64,000 nucleotides of DNA from Calcarisporiella thermophila CBS 279.70 (lineage: Eukaryota > Fungi > Calcarisporiellomycota): the NCBI RefSeq assembly GCF_041956535.1, contig NW_027192196.1, positions 452,921 through 516,920 of the forward strand. Direction: 5' to 3'. Both the position numbers and the translations under genes were made by a program. The notes below the pieces were generated by a model, which was not told the DNA's origin, did no database searches, and saw only the letters and a list, made by a program, of their open reading frames with translations. How positions within the stretch are numbered: the first letter of the stretch is position 1; each line of letters starts with the position of its first letter. Below are positions 15,114 to 28,267 of the stretch, in pieces.

Positions 15114-15210
15114 GTAACAATAGTTTTATTTTTTGAACAGAACAATGAAACTGAAGATCTATGAAAAGAAGTACTAACATCGCTTTATTTTTTTTTTGTA
15201 AATAATAAAG
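15114..15210 (+). other. Probable 5'-UTR intron of the KH-domain gene
   Basis: AG|GTAACA donor at 15114, TACTAAC branch at 15172-15178, poly-T tract, and AG at 15209-15210, 4 nt before the ATG at 15215. Confidence 0.7.
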
Positions 15211-15214
15211 CAAA

Positions 15215-16255
15215 ATGTCAAAATCTCGCCCCGATTCTCAAGATGTTGAAGCTATTTCCCAGCGCTTCGCCCAACTTTCGCACGATGATATGAATGGTAA
15301 CGAAGATTACCAGGAGACCTCTGAAGAACTACTCGTTCTGCGCGCACTCCTATCAACTCGAGAGGCTGGTATTATTATTGGCAAGGGTGGAGCGAAAGTT
15401 GCTCATCTGCGCGAAGTTAGTGGCTGCAAAGCTGGTGTATCGAAAGTGGTACAAGGTGTGAATGATCGAGTACTGACTGTATCCGGTCAATTGGAGGAAG
15501 TTACTAGCGTGAGTAGCCCAGATGCAAAATCCACGCCTTTCATTGGAATACCTTAACTTTTTTATTATTAATAGGCTTATTCAATCATCGCACAAACACT
15601 TCTAGAAAACCCTCCATCGAACTCCATTACCTCTGACACAATTGTCTCCATCCGTCTTCTTATATCCCACAATCTCATGGGCACTGTGATTGGACGCCAG
15701 GGTGCCAAAATCAAACAAATTCAAGATGCGTCGGGCGCCCGTATGACTGCCTCCAAGGAAATGCTCCCTCAAAGCACAGAGCGCGTGGTGGAAGTGCAGG
15801 GAAACCCCGAAGCCATCGCCGTTGCCGTTCAAGAGATTGGGAGGTGTCTACTCGAAGACAGGGAACGCGGGGCCGGCACTGTTCTCTACAACCCTGCGGT
15901 GCGCCTGGATACTGCCACGGGACGTCGCGATTCCTCTACTGGCCGACGGGAATCCAACTCTCTACCCATGCGCGACGCGAACATTCACACGCAAAACATC
16001 TCAATTCCCTCAGATATGGTCGGCTGCATCATTGGTAAGGGCGGGTCCCGTATTTCCGAGATCCGAAGACTCTCCGGGTCGCGCATTAGCATAGCCAAGG
16101 AGCCACACGACGATAGCGGCGAGCGCATGTTCACGATCCAAGGTACTCCTGAGTCAAATGAGAAGGCCTTACTGTTACTCTACAGCCAGTTGGAAATGGA
16201 AAAAGAAAGGAGACTTAGCGTTGCGCATAATGCTGATGAGGACCAGGATGAATAA
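15215..16255 (+). CDS. Triple KH-domain RNA-binding protein (Rnc1/Hek2/Pbp2/hnRNP K-like)
   Basis: Three KH GxxG motifs (IIGKGG, VIGRQG, IIGKGG); one intron at ~15510-15574. Confidence 0.92.
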
Positions 16256-16716
16256 TTAATTAATGAAGTGGGATATCTTTATAAACTTATTTTTTTTTGG
16301 CTTTTTACCTCTATTTTTATGTTAAAGCATTTTATTCAGAGATTGCCCGTTCTCTCTTTCCCCCTCCTCCGTATTTTTTATTCTTTCGTCGTTTATTACC
16401 CCTCATATCCAATCCGATTCTCTCCTTGACTTTCGTGTTATTCTTGTTAATTGGGTTTGGGTTCTTTTCTGTTCCGTTGAATAATTTTGTTCAAATAGCT
16501 ACTTTCTCGCAGGCTCCTTTCATAAAAAAGGGGGAAAAAAGTTTTTCTTAATAGTTTATTTGTGCGCAACTGTGCGTTCTAAAAATAATTTAGTTGAAAT
16601 GGTAGTTTTCCATCGTACTATCTCTCATCCATTAGTATCCGAAAAAAGCAAACCAAGCAAAGACCAGCTAATTGGCATTTGATGTTTCAAGCAGAGACAA
16701 AAGAAAGATAGCGAGA

Positions 16717-17980
16717 TCAAAGCTTGGGAGTCGGTTTGTACTCAGAGATGTGCTTCACATAATCACGCGAGATATCTTTTATCTTAGGAGTGCCCATCAA
16801 TGCCATAGCTCGGACCAGCTCTTCCTGCAAAATGCCGAGGATTCTCTTTACTCCGTCCTCTCCTGCATAAGCCAGGCCGTAAAGAATGGGGCGACCGACA
16901 AACACTGCCTGTGCACCTAGAGCAATCGCCTTGTACACGTCTGTACCCAATCGCACGCCTCCATCAATCCAAACCTCAGCGCGACCACGGACTGCCTCGA
17001 CAACTTCGGGTAGAACATCAATCTATCAAAATAAAATGGAATTTAGAACCCGTGCCTTTTTTCCATGAAGTAAGTTAAATCCAGCGCAAACTACCGTTGC
17101 AAAAACGCCATCGAGTTGTCGTGCCCCATGATTTGAAACCCAAACAACATCCACCCCATACTGAACCGCAAGGGCCGCATCTTCACCACACATTACTCCT
17201 TTCAACACGATTTTCATCTTTGTAATACTCCTCAACCACCTCACGATTTCCCAAGTCAAAGAACGATCATATTTCGATGCGATCGCGTTCGTAACAATTC
17301 CTTTTTCATCGAGTTTTTGCTCAATGAAATTGGCAAACTGAAGATGCGGAGGAAGCTTGAAACGATTTCGGACGTCCGCTCGACGCATGCCTTGTACAAC
17401 TGTGTCGATGGTCAGTACAAGGGCCTTGTAACCAGCCTTCTCTGCTCTCCTAATCAGCTCTTGGCTAATTGATCTATCAGCGTAAACATACAATTGGAAA
17501 AAGTACAATGATTCTGGGCCGAATTTCACGACATCTTCTAGTGAAGTGTTTGCGAAGGTTGATACAGTCATTGCAGACCCAAATGAAGCATGAGCACGAG
17601 AAACAGCTTCTTCTCCGTCGGGATGCGACAGTCGCATCATGGCGGTTGGGGCGATGCAGATTGGAGAACTTACGGGATGTCCCAAAATAGAGGTACGAGT
17701 ATCAACATTGGAAACGTCACAGAGTACACGAGGTCGAAGTCGCCAGCGAGAAAATGCAATAACCTAGAACAGAATTTTTTTAATAAAGAATAAGGATCTC
17801 CATTAGTTTAGAAAAGAAAGCAAGCTAATATAAAATTCTAACATTTTCCCGAATCGAATCTTCATTGTCAGCTCCTGAAGAATAATATCCATAAGCAGCT
17901 GGGGGGAGAATGTTTTTTGCAAGACGTTCAAAATCGTCGATGCAAATTGGCTCGCCCACAAGCTCCTTGATTGCCTCCAT
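16717..17980 (-). CDS. FMN-dependent (S)-2-hydroxy-acid/glycolate oxidase, probably peroxisomal
   Basis: [60 protein letters not shown] and GRPILYGL motifs; ends -PKL (PTS1-like); no cytochrome b5 domain. Confidence 0.93.
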
Positions 17981-19953
17981 TACTGTCTAAAGGTTATAGA
18001 GATTTATCACTTGAAAATCTTATTTTCTTAGGGGGGAAGAATCCGGGCTGTTCCAGTATTATGGATAATTGATAATCGATTGGCTAGAAAATAGACGAAA
18101 GTAGTAATAATAATTAATCCCACTATTAAGCAATGCCATTATATTTTAATAGGAAGAGTTGCCAGCAATAATTTTAAATTCCTAATCAGAGTATAAGTCT
18201 TTATTCTTCCATCATTTATTCACTGCTACTTTGGCATATAATTATTTTCGATACTGTACCTTATTTTATTTTATTGACGAAATTTTATACCACTATTAAG
18301 TGGCTAAAAGTCCATGTGTAATAATCCTTAATCCTAGCCATATATTAGATTACACGTATTGTACGAGGTAGTTTGCTGAGATAATTCGAAATGTTCACAG
18401 AGGATATTGTTGTTTGATTTATTCTTTAAACGCAGATCAAAGACAAGTAATGGTCACGTTAGATTAGACTCCGCTGAGAATCACTTCAGTTCAACCACTC
18501 GATTCTCCACGCCTCACCTTTGAACTACCTTGTTACTACAATGTGCTCGTATCATTTCACCCTACTCAATAATTCAAGTGGTCTCTGTATAAGCTTCAGC
18601 TGGGCACTTCCCTCATAATTCAATTACGATTCTCAAAGCGTATGCCCCGAATTATACAGACTACTCTGTTCCTTCCTCAATGTGTACACACAGCCTTGCA
18701 TTCTAAAAGTATACATAACTAGGATACATCAGAATTGAATACCGTTATATTTAGTTTTGTATATGTAATATAAAAAAGCAATTACTTTCAACCTTCTGTA
18801 CCATTTATACTCTCATATGTAATGATTGAGTACGGGTTAGCATATTACACGATATTTCCTATTTTCCATTTTATTGGGGAGAGAGGTATATATCTAGCTT
18901 GCTGGAGATAATGCAGAATTTACTATGGCCTTGACGAGTATTTTCAACAGTCTTCCCGTCGAAAACCCATCATACCCTCGCACTTTTGGAATTTTTTTTA
19001 ATTACCATAGTAATACCCCTTGGAAAAGTATATGCTGATACTTTTCAGCATTTCTCATAGAATATACTCAACTGAAGTACGTCAATAATAAACAGGCTAC
19101 AGTCGTAAAAATATATCGACGACACTATTTGCTGAAATCTATTATTGATCAATGTGTTAGTTTAGATGGAGCTTGGCTTTCAACCTTAGTTGCGCTATTA
19201 TGAAATTGGCGCCCGGTATTTAAATTGCCTGCTAAATATTACTGTCTCTTTACTTTGACCCCCCAAAAACACAAGTTATAAGTAATAACATGTACAATAT
19301 ATCCCTCCCCCCATATACCATTGCAATAGCTAGATTCATGTAGCATAAGGCGATTGAATAAAGATAAGTTCTAGTCTGATATATTCTTGATTTATATCAA
19401 ATACTTTATAGGCTTATTGAAAATTTATGCTATCTTTATAATAGGCAATAGACTAAAACTCCGAATTCGGCGCCTTGCACAGCGCTTTGCAGAACGTAGT
19501 AAAGTAACGACTCCGTTTTATTCTTCAGCCTCGTATTCGCACAGTTGAAAATAATCTCTATCCTTGTCATAAGCTGGCGTGTCATTGAAAATGGTAAAGG
19601 CCTCTATTCCCAGAGTCTATGCGGTTATTCTCCATTTGAGATATACGGTTCAATACGTGTGACGTGAAGATTTTGTTCGTGATTTTTGTCGCCTTTTTGT
19701 ACCAATCACCCCTACATATAGCTGCATCCATTCGTACAAGTCGATTTCTTTATTCTCCTCTACTATTTCTTTGGTTCACGTCAAAGTTTTTTTGACTCTC
19801 CCATTTGTTATCATAGCCTTTCTTATTTATTCACTTTACCACTCCAGAAACCATCACGGAAAATATCACCGATATTTTGGCGTTACTTCATTTTCATTTT
19901 TCCCATTTTCTTTCGCCTGTAAATAGCCATTCTGGAGGCTCCGGAACATAAAA

Positions 19954-22336
19954 ATGAAGTTTGGCCATCAGCTTAAGACATCCCTCTACCCTGAATGGAC
20001 GTTTTATTATCTTGCGTACGACGATCTTAAGACCGAAATCAAAAAAAGATTACAGCAACATCCATGGACAGAAGACGATGAAGCAGGGTTTGTTGAATTG
20101 CTGGAGAAGGAACTAGACAAAGTGCACTCGTTCCAGGCGGTCAAAATGGGAGAAATTACCCGCCGTATCGAACATTGCCAGCGTGAAGTCGCCGATATTA
20201 TTGGCAGTGATACGTCTACTGATGAGGATTTCGAATCGCTTGAAATCGAACTTAGCAATATAATCGCAGATACCCACGATCTTGCTAAATTTACGCGACT
20301 CAACTACACTGGATTTGTTAAGATAATCAAAAAGCATGATGTATTTATCTTTTCATTGAGTTCTATCGGACTGTTTTCATATCTCACTTTTGTTCATTCC
20401 CTTTGTTTAGAAACAAACTGGCTGGGTATTGAAACCAATGTTTATGGTGCGATTGAACGCAAAACCTTTTTATAAGGAGAACTATGAAGCCCTTATTGTC
20501 AAGCTAAGTCAACTCTATGATCAAGTGCGTAATCGTGGAAAGGAACGAGGTGGGGATTCTTCCGCCGGTGGAAAACAGGCCGCATTTGTGAGACAAACTA
20601 CAAAGTATTGGGTCCACCCTGATAATATCACCGAGCTCAAACTGATTATATTGAAGCACTTGCCTGTGCTCGTATTCAACCCAAACAAAGAATTTGCACC
20701 GCAAGATGCTGCAATTACAAGTATATATTTCGATAATGATGATTTTGAGCTGTACTTGGGCAGATTGGAGAAAACAGAGGGTGCAGAGGCGATTCGTTTG
20801 AGGTAAATTATCAAATTGTTCAATGGCTTCATTTTTATCGTAGAAAAGGTCCAACTTCTTTTTGTTTTTGTGTGCTAGGTGGTATGGTGGAATGGATAAC
20901 CAAGAAATTTTCGTCGAACGCAAGACCCATCGCGAAGATTGGACTGGTGAAAAATCTGTCAAAGCCCGATTTCCCATCAAGGAAAAGTATGTGAATAAAT
21001 TTTTGCGCGGAGAGTACACGATGGAGCAGACTTTTCAGAAGATGCGTGAAACCGGGAAGAAGAGCGAGAAAGAAATCAATGACCTTGAACAACTTGCACA
21101 AGAAGTGCAGTACACCGTTCTAACTAAGAAACTCAAGCCTACTATGCGATCTTTTTACCATCGCACTGCTTTCCAGCTTCCTGGCGACGCGCGTGTACGC
21201 ATCTCACTTGATACAGAACTTTGTCTGATTCGTGAAGACAATTACGATGGAAAGATGCGTTCAGGATCAAACTGGCGACGAACAGACATAGGGATCGATT
21301 ACCCATTCCCGCAATTACCAGACGCAGATATTTGCCGATTCCCTTACGCCGTGCTAGAGGTAAAGTTGCAGACACACATGGGGCAGGAGCCACCTGCATG
21401 GGTAACTGAATTAATTAACAGTCATTTGGTAAGTTCGTACACATTCATAGAAGAAATCTAACAGTCGGATGATACATATACAATTTCCCTTGGTTATAGG
21501 TTGAGGCTGTTCCAAAATTCTCAAAGTTCATTCATGGGTGCGCAACCCTTCTTGAAAATCGAGTTCAGCTGCTTCCTTTCTGGTTGCCTCAAATGGATAT
21601 TGATATTCGCAAGCCAGCAACTAGTTCGATTGGGCTTGTACGTCCTAACTCTACAATGTCTCTGGACACTTCAAGTGGGGGGCATTCGGATGAATTGGAT
21701 GTAGTTGTGGACAATGGATACCAATACGGCGGTCCAGACCAAGACGCTCCCTATACTGAAGCTTACGGGGGTGAAGAGGATGAACATTCTCCACTCTTTG
21801 ATAAGCAGCGCAGACTAAGAAATGGGGTTACACGTGCTGCAAAGGCAGCGGCCGATGGGCTCAAAAGTTTCTTCGATGGCCTACACAGCCTTCCGCAATC
21901 CACTACAATTCCGGAAGAACACCTTCCTCAACAACGCTATCCTGATAACGATAGCAGTCGCATTCCGCTACATGCACGTGGAAAACGCATTGCGATTCCA
22001 GTACGTGTCGAGCCCAAAGTGTTCTTTGCAAACGAACGCACATTCCTTACGTGGTTGCAATTTACCGTTGTCCTTGGAAGTGTCGGGGTCGGGTTGCTTA
22101 ATTTCGGTGATAAGGTAGCGAGAATCTCGGCTGGATTATTTATTTTCATAACTTTGGCGGTCATAGCCTACGCCTTGGTGACCTTCCATTGGCGTGCCCG
22201 GCAAATTCGTGGGCGTGGAGTAGGGCCATATGACGATCGCGTTGGACCGACGGTGTTGTGTGTATTCTTGTTGGCGGCTGTTGTAACTAATTTCTACTTG
22301 CGGCTAAATCACCAAGAGAATTCGCATCGTCCATAA
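19954..22336 (+). CDS. VTC4: Vacuolar transporter chaperone 4 (polyphosphate polymerase; SPX + VTC + DUF202 TM)
   Basis: MKFG SPX start, [57 protein letters not shown] and [13 protein letters not shown]. Confidence 0.97.
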
Positions 22337-22988
22337 ATGCAGGATGATGTATTACGGACACCTATTTTCGAACATATTTCTCCTTTTTTTCTTTCTTTTT
22401 CTTAATGCTTGGATTGATTCAAATTGCTATAGATATTTAAAAGCAGTCTTGGAGGGAAGTTTTTAGCTTCTGCTTTAAACCTGTGTTGTCCTTTTTTTTT
22501 TATATATACATATATCTTCTCATACGACGTGTCTTTTTCTTTCACTTCTCTGCGGAACTTCAGAATCTAATAAATATATAAATTGATTGGATTTTTATAG
22601 TTAATTGTTAAACGATGCAATATTGGATAGACAGAACTAGTGAGCGGAGAAAATGGCCAAGTCACTGAAGTCGATATCATTCTAACTCGCTCAACTCATA
22701 AATATGAGAGAAAAAATTAATTTCATTATTAGTTAAAATTTCGAATCGAAAAATAAGGTCAATCTATCTAGCTCCCCTTATTTCAATCTAACCTCTCAAG
22801 TTTACCAATTCCAACAGAACTTTTTTCGAGCCTTGTACGCCCTATTTCATTTTGAAATTGGTAGAAAAACGCGCATTAAAAGTAAAACCAAACACGTAAA
22901 ATTTTCAATTTTATTACGCGAAACTTTTTCTTTACTCTTTCTCCCGAGATCCCTTTTCCTTTAAACGTTTGCAGAAAATTAAGAGATA

Positions 22989-24833
22989 ATGAGTGATAGG
23001 CCACGGCGTGCAAGGAGGTCACGTAATACGGCGACGCTTCCAAGTAACGTAAGGTAAGCTGTTTTTTTCATCCATCCACTTCTGAATATTAGATAATCGC
23101 GTTAATCCTTACCAATGGCATACTGATATTTATTTTCATGTTTTATATTTGATATAATATTTCAAATTATAGCAATGCACATTACGTAGGATATGTTGAA
23201 GATGATGAATCTGTGGAAGCGATCATGAAAAAATTTGAGGAACTTGAGCGCATCGAACGTGAGATTGCGGCTCAAAAAACAAAGCAAAACGAAAATAGTT
23301 CTACTACCACCGCTGATCCTGCCGTTGTTAACGATCCCACATCGGGCGATCTTGCACTTGCAACCAGCCTTCAGCAAGAAGAGAGTTCTGAGGGTTTGAC
23401 ACAAGAACAGTTGGAGGAGGTTTTCAAACGTACATCTGCCTTTACTGTGAAATCTCTCGCTCGGGATGAGATATTCGAAGATATGGACGACTTGGAAATG
23501 TGGCAAGTGGAATTAGCTGATGCCAACACAGAAGTATTTGATGAAGAAGAGTATGTAGCAATATTCCTCCAAACCTCTGTTTTTTGCTACTAAACTCTAT
23601 GTCCCTTAGTGATTACTTGTATTTGGATGACGAGGACTGGGAGGAGGAAGAGTATGGATTCAAGAGGAAGCGTGGTCCGCGGGGTGAAGGAAGGGAGGGT
23701 CGTCGTGGCGTCGACAGAGAAGGCATCATTGCTCGTTACAAAGTTATTCAGATGCGAATGCAAGACAAGAACGGAAACTTTTTCTTTGTCAAAAAGAAAG
23801 TTTGGTAGGTGTAAATTTGTGAATTAGCTCTAGGCTTCTCTTTTAACGATTGCCTCTCTAGTGCTATTGACCCAAGTATCCCCGCGTATGTACGGCTCCC
23901 ACCCGATCCTATACCTCGTGCTTGGTGTCAACAGATCAAGCCATTGGAGGATGTTAAACCAGACCTAAGTGGATCAAGGTAGCCTCTATATTCATCAGAA
24001 AGTTAGATCTCATGATTGTTGCTAACTCAGTACTACAGATATTTTGTAGAAGACATTCTAAAATGTGATTTAACAAAGTTTGGGCGCCGATTCCAGGCAA
24101 TATACATGGATCCTCCGTTTTTGCGTCCCGATGATCCCCCGACAGAGGGTAAAATAACAATCGAGGAGTTTGTAAGTATATGAGGTGATTCACAGTTTCT
24201 CTCATAAAACCCACTCTTACACTGGTTATATTTGAATAGGCCAAAATAAATTTTGCAGAGCTTGTTCCCTGCGGATTCCTCTTTATCTGGATGGAGAAAG
24301 AGTGGACACCGCATGTTTTAAAGGCGGTTGATAAATACGGATTTAAATATGTGGAGAACTTCTGCTGGATATGGATGAATATCGCAAATCGTATTGTGCG
24401 CGAGCCTTCTCGATACTTTAACAAATCTAAATTATCATTGATCATTTTCCGTAATGTAAGATGAAAAGAATGGAGAAAATGAGTTCAAGTAGCTAGACTT
24501 GCTGATGAATTTTTCTGTAATAATAGGAGGGCGATATTGAACTACGACATCAGCGTAATCCGGATTGTACTTTTGAGCTTGTAAGTCCACCAGAGCCAGG
24601 AGAGCTCACAGAAAGAAAACCTGCCTTCATGTATGATGTGATCGAGACGATGCTGCCACAAGCGGTCTATTCAGAGAAAAATCCGAATGGCGAAGGGCTT
24701 TTAGAGTTGTAAGTCTCTCATGGACCTAGACACTCGAAAAAAACTAGATTTAATCCTTCATTTGTTTTATAGGTGGGCAAAGAAAGGGACTCGTCGTAAA
24801 GGTTGGACAACAGTGGTTCAAACGAAAGAGTAG
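22989..24833 (+). CDS. MT-A70 family N6-adenine methyltransferase-like protein, MTA9/AMT6-7-like
   Basis: Spliced translation gives HYVGYVEDDESVEAIMKKFEELE, FQAIYMDPPF, GFLFIWMEKE, GFKYVENFCWI, IELRHQRNPD, KPAFMYDVIETMLP and LLELWAKKGTRRKGW, the MT-A70 motif order. The ORF track misses it because of introns. Confidence 0.85.
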
Positions 24834-25029
24834 GATAGGCGCACATGGCATTTGTTTTAGGACACTTGTTCTCTATTCATTTACCTAAATAAATTCTGTC
24901 AATTACAAATTAAGAGTAAAAGGTTTAATTCTCACTATTAATTTCCCTCTGTGACTTCTAGTGGCTTTCCCCATACTAAAGCTTTTTGAGATTCGCGTAT
25001 ATTCTTATGTCGAGCGAATTATAGAGAAT

Positions 25030-27986
25030 ATGGATGGTATTAGTTGGAATACGGATGGAAATGTCGAAGTGCACGAAGCCAAACTCCTGGATGAGCTTTC
25101 GGCTTTAGAGGCTGTAAGGAAAACTCTCGACTCATGAAAGAATAAAGATGTTAATGGACTTGAATTTTCCAATTAGGCCAACATTCGCGCTGTTATCCTT
25201 TCGGATGAGAGAGCCAACGCTGTTATTGCACAAATAGATAGAGCAGTGGAGGAGCTTGATCGAATGAACGACTGGTTGAATTTGTGTCGTGCAGAACTTG
25301 AAGTAGGTGACAAAAGATGCTTTCAATTGATTTAATTTCGAATTCATACCACTATTGATATTTAGAGCATGGGGGAGGATATTCAAAAGATCGAGTCCCA
25401 AAACCGTGGTCTCCAAGTAGAGACGTCTAATCAGATTGCACTTATTAGCGAGCTAGAATCACTTTTGGTAACGATTTTATAGATTCTTTAGTTTTTTAAT
25501 GACACTAAATTGTTTTTCAGAAATCACTCTCTCTTTCAGAAAGTGTATTGACAACCCTTAAACAGGAATCGCTAGAATCATCGCAAGGACTTTCTAGGCT
25601 TGAAGATGCTGCTGGTGCGCTCATGCGCGTGCTTCATAATCGTTTTGAAGACGGACTCCAGGATCTTAAAGCGGTTCAAGAGCGGATGCAGGTTTACAAC
25701 GGACATAGCAATCAATTCTGCTCAAGGATATTTGAGTTTCTTCAGGTGATGCTTGCGGCTCAAGCGGAATCATGTGTAGGTATAGAAAGTGGTATGGGAC
25801 GAAAAGGAAAGCTGCGACTACGCCCACACGAGCAGGCTGAAAACGTGCTAATTAGATACAAAGGGTTGATATTGTGGATGAAAGAGATGGATCCAAGACG
25901 GTACAGTGAACTCCAAATGGTATGCATTTGCATTTTTACGATAGTATTGCGATTTATTGAAATATATATTTATTCAATGTACAATAGCTCTATTCCGCTA
26001 ACATGAGTAAACCATATAAATCTGAAGTTCGCGAGTTGATAGAATTAATAAAAGAGAAGCACCTATACCGAAAGGGCCAGAACGAGGAATTAGATTATGG
26101 TGATTATCATGCAGCTATTCCTTTCATTTAAAGTAATGTAATCAATTCTCTCTTTTATCTTCTCTTTAGTATTTGGAGCGGTTTCTAGTGTTACTAACAC
26201 AAAAGGTGTAATTTCTCCGACTTCAACCGTTTCCCCCCTACGAAACCTCCCAAGTTTTAGGGGAGGGAAAGGTGATGAGGATGGGAAAATGTCACCAGAA
26301 GAAGTATTCTGTCAGCACGTTTCCTGCTCACATTTCCTCCCGTTGACTTTATTTTCTATTAGGCTTTCTCACATGCGATTACTCAAATTATTCCTCTAAT
26401 GGCCCGCGAACAAAACTTCTTCTCTGATCTTTTCCACTTGCATCCCAAATCCCCTCGTTCCTATCTTGATCGGAATGAAACCAGTATGGGAATAAGCTTC
26501 GATTGGAATTCTCCAGGTGAGCCGATTAAGGATGTGAAGGTGCAGAAGAAACTCCTGTGAGCTACCTATTATTTTTTTTTTGCCATGAGGCTCCCAAAAG
26601 ATCTAATTTTTGGCCTTTCCTTTATTATTTTTTGATAGTGAAGTGATGGATGCTTTATTTGGAGGAGTGGGTGGTCAGTTGTCTAATTTTGCAGTATATG
26701 GGCTCAAATATGACAATACGTAAATAATTTAATTTCAACTTTTATATACCACTAATATTCAATAGATGTATGATTTCCTAGGCAATCAATTGGGATGCTC
26801 TCTGCAGTCGAATTTCAGCGCTCCAAATATAACGAAACTGCACACAAATACATCAACGGTATACTCTCCGATTTGCAGCGGCAATTGATGAATATTTTCG
26901 GAAAGTTTGTGGTAAATTATATATACATTTGGATTTTGATTCAAATTATTTCTAATTCATAAATTAATGCACACCTTTAATTTCTAGGATGAGCAAGTTA
27001 GAGTAATTGAAGAAACTAAAGTCACCTCCAAAAAACGAAAGGGGATTCTATCCTTTACGCGAACATTTCCTGTAAACTCACCTCCATGTTTCTTAAGTTT
27101 ACTATTGTAATTGCTTAACTTACGAATTATATAGCTCTTCTGCATGCGAATGGAGCAAGCTCTCATGTTTGGTGGCGAATCTGCTCCTCGTGATATCGTT
27201 GACTCTGCCTATGAGAAAATAATCAAGACTATGTTCGACTCAATAGAGACAATTGCGCGTGAAAGTGATCTTGGAAGTGATGACAAGGAGCAACTCAACG
27301 CTCATATTATGATGATAGGTAATTGTTGTATTTCTAATGAAAGCGGTTGAATATAAAGTGGCTAAGCACCCGTATTTTCTTAGAAAACATGCACCACTTT
27401 TATACGGAAATGCGTGGGAAGAAGCTACGAGTTTTGGAACCCTATGTCAATTATGCCAAGGCGGCCTACGATTCACACTTGAATTTATATATCAAGGATG
27501 TAATACGTAGACCACTCGGCAAACTCCTGGTAAGTGGCATTCGAATCCTGGATCATAGGTGTTTAATTTAGCGATCGTTTTAGGAGTACTTCAATGGCGT
27601 GGAAAATCTACTACGCACGACTGCCCCAAGTGAAATTCCTTTCCACGTCACCTTTAACAAGTCGGCACTGCGTAAAGTGCTGGCAAACTCTCCTGGCAAA
27701 GAAGTAAGTTCTCCGATAATAGATGGGAACCCAGCGGAAACTAACATCGAATTCATTTTAGATGAAGAAATCTCTTGAGATTTTATACAAGAGAGTAGAT
27801 AAGCATTTTTCTGAAGAAGAGGGGCTGCTTCAAGTAGTTTGGCACGGAATACAAGAGGAGTTTATAAAACAACACGAACGCTTTACTCGCCTAATTCAAA
27901 AGTGTTACCCGGATACAAACGCAACACTTGAATTCAGTATAAATGACCTGTTAAAATACTTTTCTGAACTAGCTAAGAGTCATTAG
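25030..27986 (+). CDS. SEC3: Exocyst subunit Sec3, coiled-coil and C-terminal regions only (no N-terminal PH domain seen)
   Basis: LLDELSALEAANIRAVI, IQKIESQNRGLQVETSNQ, YKGLILWMKEMD, REQNFFSDLF, KKRKGIL, MIENMHHFY, LYKRVDKHFSEEEGLLQVVW and KCYP. Confidence 0.88.
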
Positions 27987-28267
27987 CCGGTATATTATAT
28001 TTTTATTTGTTGCTTCCATCACTTGGATTCATATTTAAAGATTTGTTTTTTTATTAATAATTTTTGAAACGGAGATTCGAATTCAAAAATCGGATCATGC
28101 CCTCAAAATTTGAAAATATCGCACAACCCCGCTAGTATTTTTTATTCCCGGAAACTATCTGGCACAAGAGTGTTGCTCTCCATCAATCAGTGTTCTGGGT
28201 GTCAATTAAATAGCCTGTCTTTTTATTTCGCAATTTCCAGATTCTCCTGTCGTTTACAGAAAGACAA

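Noticed and set aside
18560-18670. ITILKAYAPN resembling a LINE endonuclease YAPN motif in the 2-kb HAO/VTC4 intergenic region
   Set aside because: Single short motif flanked by a frameshift and stops; no other endonuclease motifs found.
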